A stretch of DNA of 55,806 nt from Cyanobacteria bacterium P01_D01_bin.156. GTDB lineage: Bacteria; Cyanobacteriota; Cyanobacteriia; Phormidesmidales; Phormidesmidaceae. Both the position numbers and the translations under genes were made by a program. This document shows positions 26,326 to 35,626 of this stretch, one piece after another (the stretch's first letter is position 1; each line of letters starts with the position of its first letter). The notes beneath the pieces were generated by a model. That model worked only from the letters and a program-made list of their open reading frames with translations, searched no databases and was not told where the DNA came from. The DNA is taken from assembly GCA_039024555.1 (NCBI GenBank), contig JBCCQQ010000043.1:1-55806 (forward strand), read 5' to 3'.

Positions 26326-29300
26326 CTAGTTTTGATATATTTCCATCCGCTTCTTCAGATCAATACCAATAACCTCAATATTTGAAATTCCCGAATTAGT
26401 CGAGATAATCTCCCCAGCGTATTCTTGAAGAGCACTTACCATTTTCTCAAATGATAAAAGCGATTTAGTTTTTGGGTGTTGCCACTTTTGTTTCTCTCCA
26501 CGATAAACCAAGAGATATATTCCGTTTTCCGAGTTTTTGTCTCGAAGATAATCACCAACGAGTTGGTCTCGCAATTTATCAAATAGAGCAGTGCCTGACC
26601 AACCCTTATCAGCAATTTTTAGCTCTACAGGCACCATGCCTGTTATAGAGGAATGCACAAAGCGTATATCGGTACGTTGCTGGTTAGGCATTTCATCTTC
26701 CTGTGAAATGGAATACCGGCCATTCGCTGATTTTATGAGACGAGCTGCTAGATAATTGCGTAGTTCTTCCTCATCATTCGTCTTTCTTACGACTTCGGCA
26801 GTACTAAAATCTCCATCTTCGAAATCATACTTAAGGTCATTAAGTCGGTTTACCGCTACGTCAAATAATTTGCGCGGCGTGCTTGGTGTGCATTCTAGCT
26901 CTTCGGCAAATTGGTTCGTTTCTAAAATAGATAAAGGATCATCCGCATCTGCTTGAGCACGAGCGATGACATGCGTAAACATCCATGACTGGACGTGACC
27001 TGGTGTGGCCTCACGTGCTATTGTGCTCAAGGAATCAAACGCTTCCTTTCCAGGAATATCACAAATATCCTTATAGATGTTGTTTCTTGCATCTTGTGCA
27101 TTGTCTCGACTAGTTGGGGTGTAACAACCGCTATTCATGCGGTCGATATCGTCTTCACGCCGTATGTATTTGTGCATAAGAAAATAGATGTCTTTTAGGT
27201 GACTCGCCGTTTTATAATTTTCGCGCACACTAATTCCGCACTCATGCCTTGAACCGTATAGTGCATTGATAAAGTCAATTGCCATATTGACAGCCTGGTC
27301 ATCTTCCAGTGTTGCCAGAACATCAGACAGCTTTGCGATCGCAGGGGTAGGATCGACTGATACCCATGCTGCATACCAAAGATGATGATACCTCTCTAGC
27401 ATTTGTACATCCGAAAGTTTTTTAACGCACAAGTCAGCGACTTCTTCATCTGTAATCGCTTCGCACTTTAATATGAGGGTAAGTGCATGACTAAGCGTGT
27501 TGGCATGTTGTGGTTCTCGACGCTGCAAGAAGTTTAAAAGATCAGGTGCGATATAGTCTCCAAACCAGGGTGCATGCCAAGCAATATCCGACAGCACATA
27601 ATGAGACGGTTTTTCATTGGGATTCTCGAATAAATCCCATTCGATCTCTTGTAAAAAAACAGTACGTGTAATTTCTGGGAAAGTTTTTTCGAACTGTTCA
27701 AACCAGCGAGGAAATCCATTCAAGCTACTGAACAAATAACGCGCTGCTCTTTTAGTATCACTTTCTGATAAGGAACATGGCCAATTTTCGGATTCCCGAT
27801 ATTCAATCTCTAAACCCGATAATCCCATGATTTCTAGGTCTGGTGTGCTATTACTTTTTTCGCCTGCTTCTGAGACGAGCGTTGGATTGAATCGACGCCA
27901 AATTTTCATGAGACCATCACGCATGGCTTCGGCAACATCTTGCCCAACTTCAGGTATTAAGTCAGCCCAATTGTATTTGACCCAGTCATCCCGATCTTTG
28001 TCCAAGTCCCGCATACGATTAAAAAGATACTGTTGCGAAGTCCAGTAATGATCTTCTGGAGGTACTGTTAATTCTCGAATCTGGTCGATATGATTGGGTA
28101 GTGCCTCGCGCCACTGTGCATGAAATTCAGCATCCTTCTCTTCACGTTTTTTTTGACGTTTCTTCCATTGTAATTCACTGCGTCTGTAGCTCTTTTCTGC
28201 ATCACTTAATTGTGGCGGATTGAGAAGTCTCTTGAGAGTTGCGCTCAACTCCTTATTTCCTTCAACAAGCTTCCAAAGTCGTCTTCGCAATTTAGGCGGA
28301 CGATCCATATCTATATATATTTTAAATGCAAGAGTAAGAGCGACAAGCTTATCGTCTTGAAGCTCTTTTGTTTGAATCCATCCCATGATTTCCTCAAGCG
28401 AGTCCTTTTCGAATGCCCATAGATTGCTAAATGCGCGTGCTTGCCACCAATTAGTGAGCCTATCACTTTTCTCCTCAGCACGTAACTTTCGCGCCTCTTT
28501 AACATCAGACCAAAACAGCTTGGAATTAAGCTCTCGCCACTGAGGAATCAACTCGCTAAGACTTGTTTTTGCATGAACAATATTGTAGTCTCTAGCCCTA
28601 CTTGCCAGGGACATGACGCATAGGGCGGTTACATCTAAGGCTGCAGGATGCTTTTCTTCCACAAGTCTTTCACAGGCAGGTATAGCGAACTCCAACATCC
28701 ATGCATACCTCTTAGAAATCTCAAAGAAGCGCTTTTCGATGAAAGGCTCTTCTTGGATTAAGCTTGCGACTTCACATATTACGTGCTCAGCTTCGTTAGA
28801 AGCGCAAGTTTTCACGTACGACTGCATTGCTTGATTTAGGCTATCTATGCTATATCTTTCTTCCAATTTTATATTTGCGATTAATGACATTAAAGTTCTA
28901 GACGAAAGATACTCAGGCCCAAATACTTCAATGATATTTGAAAGCTCTCTCCTTCCCTTTGGATTGGTGTCTTTACAAACTGCGTCGCAAACAGACGCAA
29001 TTTGTGTGTGATCACATACAGTCGTTACGGCACGCATTGCGGCAAGACGTGTATACGGAGATTGTTCTGGTTGCTTAGCAGCGGTGATAGCAATATCGGC
29101 CAAGTCACTCAGTCTCCCAATCTCTATAGATTTGAGCAGTAATCTTTTAATATCGTCATGTCCTACATACCGTTTATATAGGGTTCTAATAACAGAGGAT
29201 AATTCGGGTGAGACAAGACGTTGTAGAGAATTGAAATCAAAAGATAATCGTTCTCCCCTGTCTACAGCATATCGTGCACAGTATTTTTGAAGAAGTGCCT

Positions 29301-30594
29301 CTCGAGCAGATGTAGGCAATGATGCGGGATCACCACCTTCTAAAAGTATTTCAGGCCAATTTTCCAAGACGCGCGTACGTATTTTTTGATCAAAAATCGC
29401 AAGCCAGGGTAATATGGGCCTCATACTTGGAACAACAACGTCAATGCCATATTGATTCTTAAAAAAAAGCTTTTCGACTCGCATCCGCGATTGACCATTT
29501 TGAATAAGGTCATAGCACCATTGTGCTGCCAAGTATTCTTTACTATCGCGATGATCAAAGCGTACGAAACCATACACTTCTGGTTCAAAGATGGGACGCG
29601 CAAGTAGTGCAGAACACTCGGGTGTTTCCCAGTCCTCTAGAACAGATTGAATGGAGAAGCCTTCCCCTGATACCACACTGTTTGAGACAAGAATTTTTGC
29701 TTGATGAGTAAGAACGACCGAGGCTGCAAGCTTCTTAGAACCTGATAACGCCTTGTTTGGTGTCAGCGGATCGCTCTCAGCACGGTCTTGATCGGACTCT
29801 ACAAGCTTCCTCTTGATACTCTTGTCGATAATCTCTCGGCGGGTACCTAGACATCCTTCCTCTTCCCAAAATGCGATGATGTCTTCTAGATCCTTTGGAC
29901 GTCTCACTAGAGCTTCCAAGTCTGAACCAACGATAGCTGATGAAAGTGATTCAAAATTTGGCACGTTACGTGCCTTGATAAAGAGACTAATCTGTTCCGA
30001 CGTAAGGCGGTGTAACGTGAAGAATTTGATGTGGTGACTTCGCGATTTCTCATTACTGTCTGTATAAGGAAACAGTCTCCTAACGCGTTCTAAATCGTTT
30101 TCAGGACGCCAAGCACCAATCCGACTAGTTAGAATGATATGTGTATTTTGAAGATTATTGCGAATGTGCGGTGCCAGACGCTTAAGTGCCTTTTCAAAGG
30201 CCTCAGGCCCTCGTAGGCGTGCCTCGTCAATGGAGTCAAGAAAAATCCATATTTCTTCTCGATTAGTAACGGCCTCACTCAGAGAACCAATATCTCCAAA
30301 ATCTTCTTCGAATATAATATCGTCCCATTCAGAAGCAAGATATTCGAGCCGAATAAAAAAGGCGTACTTGCCATCTTCTTTAAGTCTTCTGCATTGTTCA
30401 TAGATTTCCCGGGTTTTTCCTGAGCCAGCCGATGAAAGAATAACAACGCGGTGTTCTGCGAGAATATTACTCCAACCAGGAGGCGATAATTGCCCCCAGG
30501 CGATGCGTCTCTCAACATCAGTTTGTTCAACGTCTATTTCGCTAATCTCGACGAATTTTCTGTTGAGTTTGATATAGTCTTTGGCATTTATCAT
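26326..30594 (-). CDS. NACHT/STAND NTPase with helical repeats and C-terminal PD-(D/E)xK-like nuclease (putative anti-phage)
   Basis: Walker A SAGSGKT, Walker B IFLDSIDE, ILTSR and VRFDHR; C-terminal QEDEMPNQQRTDIRF...VPVELKIA...QLVGDYL. Confidence 0.82.
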   Translation of the reverse strand: MINAKDYIKLNRKFVEISEIDVEQTDVERRIAWGQLSPPGWSNILAEHRVVILSSAGSGKTREIYEQCRRLKEDGKYAFFIRLEYLASEWDDIIFEEDFGDIGSLSEAVTNREEIWIFLDSIDEARLRGPEAFEKALKRLAPHIRNNLQNTHIILTSRIGAWRPENDLERVRRLFPYTDSNEKSRSHHIKFFTLHRLTSEQISLFIKARNVPNFESLSSAIVGSDLEALVRRPKDLEDIIAFWEEEGCLGTRREIIDKSIKRKLVESDQDRAESDPLTPNKALSGSKKLAASVVLTHQAKILVSNSVVSGEGFSIQSVLEDWETPECSALLARPIFEPEVYGFVRFDHRDSKEYLAAQWCYDLIQNGQSRMRVEKLFFKNQYGIDVVVPSMRPILPWLAIFDQKIRTRVLENWPEILLEGGDPASLPTSAREALLQKYCARYAVDRGERLSFDFNSLQRLVSPELSSVIRTLYKRYVGHDDIKRLLLKSIEIGRLSDLADIAITAAKQPEQSPYTRLAAMRAVTTVCDHTQIASVCDAVCKDTNPKGRRELSNIIEVFGPEYLSSRTLMSLIANIKLEERYSIDSLNQAMQSYVKTCASNEAEHVICEVASLIQEEPFIEKRFFEISKRYAWMLEFAIPACERLVEEKHPAALDVTALCVMSLASRARDYNIVHAKTSLSELIPQWRELNSKLFWSDVKEARKLRAEEKSDRLTNWWQARAFSNLWAFEKDSLEEIMGWIQTKELQDDKLVALTLAFKIYIDMDRPPKLRRRLWKLVEGNKELSATLKRLLNPPQLSDAEKSYRRSELQWKKRQKKREEKDAEFHAQWREALPNHIDQIRELTVPPEDHYWTSQQYLFNRMRDLDKDRDDWVKYNWADLIPEVGQDVAEAMRDGLMKIWRRFNPTLVSEAGEKSNSTPDLEIMGLSGLEIEYRESENWPCSLSESDTKRAARYLFSSLNGFPRWFEQFEKTFPEITRTVFLQEIEWDLFENPNEKPSHYVLSDIAWHAPWFGDYIAPDLLNFLQRREPQHANTLSHALTLILKCEAITDEEVADLCVKKLSDVQMLERYHHLWYAAWVSVDPTPAIAKLSDVLATLEDDQAVNMAIDFINALYGSRHECGISVRENYKTASHLKDIYFLMHKYIRREDDIDRMNSGCYTPTSRDNAQDARNNIYKDICDIPGKEAFDSLSTIAREATPGHVQSWMFTHVIARAQADADDPLSILETNQFAEELECTPSTPRKLFDVAVNRLNDLKYDFEDGDFSTAEVVRKTNDEEELRNYLAARLIKSANGRYSISQEDEMPNQQRTDIRFVHSSITGMVPVELKIADKGWSGTALFDKLRDQLVGDYLRDKNSENGIYLLVYRGEKQKWQHPKTKSLLSFEKMVSALQEYAGEIISTNSGISNIEVIGIDLKKRMEIYQN

Positions 30595-30733
30595 AACGGC
30601 ATGATTAGTCGATAATATATGGCATATGCCACATTTGGCTTGATATTTGGATAAGTAAACAAGATTCTACTAAATGTAGAAAAATACCACCAGTAGTGTC
30701 TGACAACCCAAGAATTCAAAAGCTAGCCATACC

Positions 30734-30976
30734 CTAATACCCTACTAATCTGTAGCCATGAGCAATTCGCCGTTTTGCAACTTTCTCCATTAATGTTGTT
30801 GCGTCTTCATAGGTCTCTGCCATGACGGTTTTGGAATTGCCCAGGCGATTATGAAGACCACCCCAGGTGAGATGTAAAATCCATTGCCCAAAGAGATCTT
30901 GTTTCACTTCACCGACGTAGAGGCGGGTATCGGACTTCCAGAGATTAAACACCCACTTCTCTTTTTGGTATTGCAT
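30734..30976 (-). CDS. WGR-domain-like protein
   Basis: RLYVGEVKQDLFGQWIL.LTWGG...KRRIAHGY. Confidence 0.75.
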   Translation of the reverse strand: MQYQKEKWVFNLWKSDTRLYVGEVKQDLFGQWILHLTWGGLHNRLGNSKTVMAETYEDATTLMEKVAKRRIAHGYRLVGY

Positions 30977-31080
30977 AGATGAAGACCCCTATTACCATTT
31001 TAAATATTGATAGTTTTGAAAGGACGGTACGTATTTTGTCAATACATATCAATAACAATTATTGTTTTTAATCTCTTTTA

Positions 31081-31151
31081 GTATTTATGTTGCATAAATA
31101 CATGATTGTAGGGTAGAGGTTTTCATAGTACATAAAAAGGGGTTATGTACT
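31081..31151. promoter_or_regulatory. Putative tyrosine-recombinase core site plus a second palindrome
   Basis: agtacataa-aaagggg-ttatgtact (31127-31151) and gtatttatg-ttg-cataaatac (31081-31101), directly upstream of the recombinase. Confidence 0.65.
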
Positions 31152-31166
31152 GTCATTGAGGCCTCT

Positions 31167-32183
31167 ATGATGCACGTTGGAAAAGCAATACAAATCGTTG
31201 AGCAAGGTGGACAAGTTACACCAGGTGTGGGTGTATCTTCGTCACTTCCAGTGCCAGCCATTGTTGCCCAGTCTGGTGATGCCGTCAGTGAAAAGTTTGT
31301 TGAGTACTTTATTGCGCAATTGCGTAACCCTAATACCCGTGATGTCTACCGTCAGGCAGTACGACAATTTTTAGAATGGTGTGAAGCCAAGGGGGCAGGG
31401 CAACTCCAAGACATCACCTTTGTTGCAATCTCTGCCTATATCGAACAACACCCTGGTGCGCCCACCACCATCGGCGTGCATTTGGCCGCCATCCGTGAAC
31501 TCTTCAACTGGCTTAAACAACAAGGTGTCTTAGAAAAGAATCCTGCTGAAAACGTTCGAGGCCCCAAATACCGTATCAAAGAAGGGAAGACTCCCTTCCT
31601 TGAATCCCAGGAAATGCGCCAGCTACTCGATAGCATTGATACGAGCAATGTCATTGGCCTCCGCGATCGCGCCCTCATCGCGCTCATGACGTTCACCTTT
31701 AGTCGGATTAGCGCCACCTTAAAAATGGACGTTGAAGACTACATTCAGCGTGGTTCCACTCATCTCATCCGCCTCCATGAAAAAGGGGGTAAAGACATGG
31801 GAATTCCTCTCCATCACACCGCTAATGAATATCTCCACGCCTATATTGAAGCTGCGGAAGCCCAGGAAGGGATTGTTTGGGGTAAAGGCACGCCGCTGTT
31901 TAGGTCACAACAGCATAGCCGCGTTTACCGACTCAGTGACAAACGGCTCCTGCGTGGCAACGCCTGGTCAATGGTAAAACGACGTGGGCAAGACGCGAAC
32001 CTCCACATCGATATCTGTAACCATTCTTTCCGTGCTACTGGCATTACTAACTACCTTGAAAATGGCGGTAGCCGCGATATTGCCCAAGATATTGCTGGCC
32101 ACGAAGATGTGCGTACCACCGCCCTTTATGACCGCAGAACCAACAAGGCCACGCTGGATGAGGTTCAACGCATGCGGTTTTGA
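31167..32183 (+). CDS. XerC/D-like tyrosine recombinase (resolvase/integrase)
   Basis: GLRDRAL...SRIS (R), EKGGK (K), HSFR, AGHED..TT.LY catalytic residues. Confidence 0.94.
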   Translation: MMHVGKAIQIVEQGGQVTPGVGVSSSLPVPAIVAQSGDAVSEKFVEYFIAQLRNPNTRDVYRQAVRQFLEWCEAKGAGQLQDITFVAISAYIEQHPGAPTTIGVHLAAIRELFNWLKQQGVLEKNPAENVRGPKYRIKEGKTPFLESQEMRQLLDSIDTSNVIGLRDRALIALMTFTFSRISATLKMDVEDYIQRGSTHLIRLHEKGGKDMGIPLHHTANEYLHAYIEAAEAQEGIVWGKGTPLFRSQQHSRVYRLSDKRLLRGNAWSMVKRRGQDANLHIDICNHSFRATGITNYLENGGSRDIAQDIAGHEDVRTTALYDRRTNKATLDEVQRMRF

Positions 32184-32240
32184 TATGATCACAACCTCTT
32201 TTTATTGAATTAAGTAAACTATGACTTTACGCTGATTTCT

Positions 32241-33935
32241 ATGTCGCTACAGGACTGGTTTCAATACGCAGATAAAGACACATCACCATACAATCCAAGT
32301 GTCGGTACTAACATTACGGTCAATAGATTTTGGCATCATGAGGAAGGGAACTTCGATACGCCCGACTGGAAAAAAGAAGAATGGCTGGTACGTTCTGCCC
32401 TCGTTCCAATCGATCAATTAGAAAGTGCGGCTAGTCAAATCAAAGAACCAGATGATTTAACGTTTGAAACAGGCTGGGATTTTGAAAACCAGTTTGATTT
32501 TGGTGATCACATGGAGTATGGCAATCTTCAGCTATACCCATTAGTTTTATCTGGAAAACATCCTATTACAGAGGAAATCACGGTTGAATTATGCCGTAAA
32601 TTTCGAACATATCATGCACTAGAAACACAAGACCAACTGAAATATAATCACCCAATCGACAAGCTCATAGCAGCAACTGTCTTAATGGAAGCACACCCCT
32701 TATATGACCCAACAGCAAAGGTTACCGTCCATCCGGACTACCTACGAGATTTCCTTGCAGCAGTACAGATGGGCCTCATCATTTCTGTGGTTGCAGATCG
32801 GTTTGCCAATGCGCTAACTGAAGATGCCCTTCAACTTGAAGAAGTCGAAGCACAAGAGGTTGATGCATTCACAACGCTTTCAACAATCATTCATCCACCT
32901 GAGTTCACACGCCACGAGCATTTTCGGGGGCGGTCTATTCTCCATCGCAATTTCATTATTGAACCATATACTCAACCGAAGTTCGAGCGTAGCCCTTGGC
33001 ATTTTTATGGTGAAAAATCAGCCGAAGATTCCACAGCACCAACCTTTATCATCAATGATGAAGGAGAGAAAAAGCCCTTACCCTCCAACACTTTTCTTCC
33101 AAACTACACAGCTGAAGGCATAGGGCAGTACGGCTATTTGTATTTTCGCCCTGAAGTTCTTCATAAATACCTGAATGAGCCTGGATACAGCGTGTGTTTT
33201 CACATGCGAAAGTGGGGAACCGCTTCTATTCCAGGCGGTATCAAAACTGTGGATGTAGGGATCAACTCCCATGGCCTGGTCAATGCCTTCGCTCCAGATA
33301 TCGCTGACCTATCCATTACAGAGCAGTCTTACTGGGCTTCATACTCATCATTGCCTAATGGTGAAATCTGTGATGAGATGTTTCAGACCAGAATGCAGCA
33401 AAAACCACCTCACTCGCCTGGGGTCATTGAAGTCATTCAAAATGCACGCTCTCAGCTAAGCGACACTTTCAAAAATCAGTTTTCTGTAGATTTATTCAAG
33501 GACAAAGAGCCTCCTAAAAAAGAACAATACCAATTAAGCGTTGGGCCAATTCTTGGTCAAATGAAAGAGGTAACCGATTTTGCTAAGACTCTATACATTT
33601 GGGCCATTGAACCAATGGAAATCGATGCTTTGAGAGCAGCCTTAACGTCACTAGGAGGCACTGTAGATAAGAAATTAAGGCAAATTAAACTGCTAGAGAA
33701 AATCTTAATTCAAAAAGGGCTAAATCTACAGCAGGCACGCTCAATAACCGCAGCGCTTGTGGGACTTAATGATCTACGGATAGTATCTGCGCATATTGGA
33801 GGCCCTGAGTCAAAAGCAAGTTTCCAATTAATGGGCGCAACTTCCATGCCTGAAACACCAATAGCAGCATGGGATCTTTGTGTTGATGCTGTAGCAGCAT
33901 CTCTTAGAGCGATCGAGCAAAAATTGAGAGCATAA
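32241..33935 (+). CDS. Hypothetical protein (564 aa), possible defence cargo
   Basis: Long ORF right after the recombinase; C-terminal LVGLNDLRIVSAH resembles a HEPN-like RxxxxH. Confidence 0.7.
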   Translation: MSLQDWFQYADKDTSPYNPSVGTNITVNRFWHHEEGNFDTPDWKKEEWLVRSALVPIDQLESAASQIKEPDDLTFETGWDFENQFDFGDHMEYGNLQLYPLVLSGKHPITEEITVELCRKFRTYHALETQDQLKYNHPIDKLIAATVLMEAHPLYDPTAKVTVHPDYLRDFLAAVQMGLIISVVADRFANALTEDALQLEEVEAQEVDAFTTLSTIIHPPEFTRHEHFRGRSILHRNFIIEPYTQPKFERSPWHFYGEKSAEDSTAPTFIINDEGEKKPLPSNTFLPNYTAEGIGQYGYLYFRPEVLHKYLNEPGYSVCFHMRKWGTASIPGGIKTVDVGINSHGLVNAFAPDIADLSITEQSYWASYSSLPNGEICDEMFQTRMQQKPPHSPGVIEVIQNARSQLSDTFKNQFSVDLFKDKEPPKKEQYQLSVGPILGQMKEVTDFAKTLYIWAIEPMEIDALRAALTSLGGTVDKKLRQIKLLEKILIQKGLNLQQARSITAALVGLNDLRIVSAHIGGPESKASFQLMGATSMPETPIAAWDLCVDAVAASLRAIEQKLRA

Positions 33936-34029
33936 GGATTTATCAGGGGTATTTCCCTCATATATGTTTACTCACCCCACTCACTAAAACCAATATCCAT
34001 ACAGTCAGCTGAGTCAAAACCAATCATCT

Positions 34030-34136
34030 GTGGATTTGCCGTACCCATGGAAAACGGGGATAACGGCTTCGCGTTCACCAACCGTTTATCACCGCCCCTT
34101 GGACAACATCTTTGCTGTTGCCCACAAGACCACAGG
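34030..34136. repeat. Structured ~105-bp element, copy B
   Basis: Homologous to 5981-6087; bracketed by the inverted repeat tactcacccc (33969) / ggggtgagta (34216). Confidence 0.65.
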
Positions 34137-34539
34137 GAACAAACAACAACTTTTTTAGAACACTATTTTAGTTAACAAGAAGGGAAGTAATCAGGGTAAT
34201 TGACGTTATATATAAGGGGTGAGTAGAGCATCCATTGCATCAGTTTCAAACCACATTTATTGTGATGACTATCACTACCAGTACTGAAATAATTATTGAC
34301 AACTACTGTTTGCATTGCTAATGCATACGGATAGTCATTCAATAATCATTTCAAAGGCTGCTAGGCATGCAGAATCATTTTATTAAAGGCCGTTTTTTTC
34401 CTTTCACTAAGAAGAGCGCAGCATCATTATTCATCGCGATGACCATAGTTTTTTCAATTCATACTGAAGAAAAACCGAAGTACCTTGACCCAACATTAGC
34501 AGTCAAAAAAATATTTTGGTCTGATAGTAACTAAACCTC

Positions 34540-35025
34540 ATGATCAAAGAGTATATAATAAGAAATAAATACTGGATTATCCTGTCTGTAATTTTCTTAG
34601 GATATAATATGTCACATATTAAATTCAATAATATTATTGATGGTAATACAGTCAAAATAGGTAGTCAGATAATTCAGTTAGAAGGTATTTCTGCACCTAA
34701 AATAAATCAAACATGTCAATTAAATAGTAATCCATGGGAATGTGGAAAAGCATCAAGAAAAGCACTTAAAAAACGTATTGGTGACTTTCCTTTCAAGTGT
34801 TTAATCACAAATGATGACGATCCATCTCTTAACATAGGAATTTGTTTTTCAAATAATATTAATCTAAATGCATGGATGATTGAAAATGGATGGGCAGTTC
34901 TTCATCCTAGTGACTCTAAAAACTACATAGATCTACAAAAATCAGCCCAGCAGCACAAGAGAGGTATATGGGCCTCAACGTTTGCGAACCCGTGGGAATG
35001 GCAGAAAGGATTATACAGTGAATAA
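34540..35025 (+). CDS. Thermonuclease (SNase-like) family protein, catalytic residues substituted
   Basis: IIDGNT..IQLEGISAPK..QTC..WECG..LNAWMIENGWA..A...KRGIW...PWEW. Confidence 0.8.
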   Translation: MIKEYIIRNKYWIILSVIFLGYNMSHIKFNNIIDGNTVKIGSQIIQLEGISAPKINQTCQLNSNPWECGKASRKALKKRIGDFPFKCLITNDDDPSLNIGICFSNNINLNAWMIENGWAVLHPSDSKNYIDLQKSAQQHKRGIWASTFANPWEWQKGLYSE

Positions 35026-35626
35026 TCCCTCTCTACACCATAATCAAAAAAGGAAAAGCCGATTCAATTTATTTTTCTTTGCCCCTGTTTTGCTAAGTCT
35101 TATCTATGGTGTATTTCTTGGGGTTTCCGATCAAATATATCCCAATTTTCTCAAGACATACCAAATAGAAACCAAGTTTATTACTGATTTCGTCATTGAT
35201 AAAGCTATATTCTTTGATGACGTTCATCAGAAACTTGTGAATAATGGATATAGAGATCGAGTCTTATTCGTACGCCATGCGTATGGGATTTCTTATTTAT
35301 TCACAATATTTACTTTGTGTTGGATGGTATTTTTTTCAGCAAAAAATATAAAAGAAATCAAGAATAGGAACAACGAATCTTTGTTAAAGATTTTTGCTAC
35401 ATCTGTGGGGTTTTTTATTATTGGTTTCGTTGTTTATTACATGAGCTATGTAGAAATTACTTTTGAAGCGGTAGAAATTGACCATCGCTCAAATAATCTC
35501 CATGTCAACCCATTTGATCTTGCATATGTATATGCAGGTAACTTGCTTAGCCCTTTTTTTATATGGGGGTCTTTAAGTGGACTATTTTTAGCGTTCAAGG
35601 AGTTAATGAACAATGACATCAAATAA
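35018..35626 (+). CDS. Multi-pass membrane protein (possible immunity protein)
   Basis: About four hydrophobic helices; overlaps both neighbours; likely GTG start at 35018. Confidence 0.7.
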   Translation: MNNPSLHHNQKRKSRFNLFFFAPVLLSLIYGVFLGVSDQIYPNFLKTYQIETKFITDFVIDKAIFFDDVHQKLVNNGYRDRVLFVRHAYGISYLFTIFTLCWMVFFSAKNIKEIKNRNNESLLKIFATSVGFFIIGFVVYYMSYVEITFEAVEIDHRSNNLHVNPFDLAYVYAGNLLSPFFIWGSLSGLFLAFKELMNNDIK

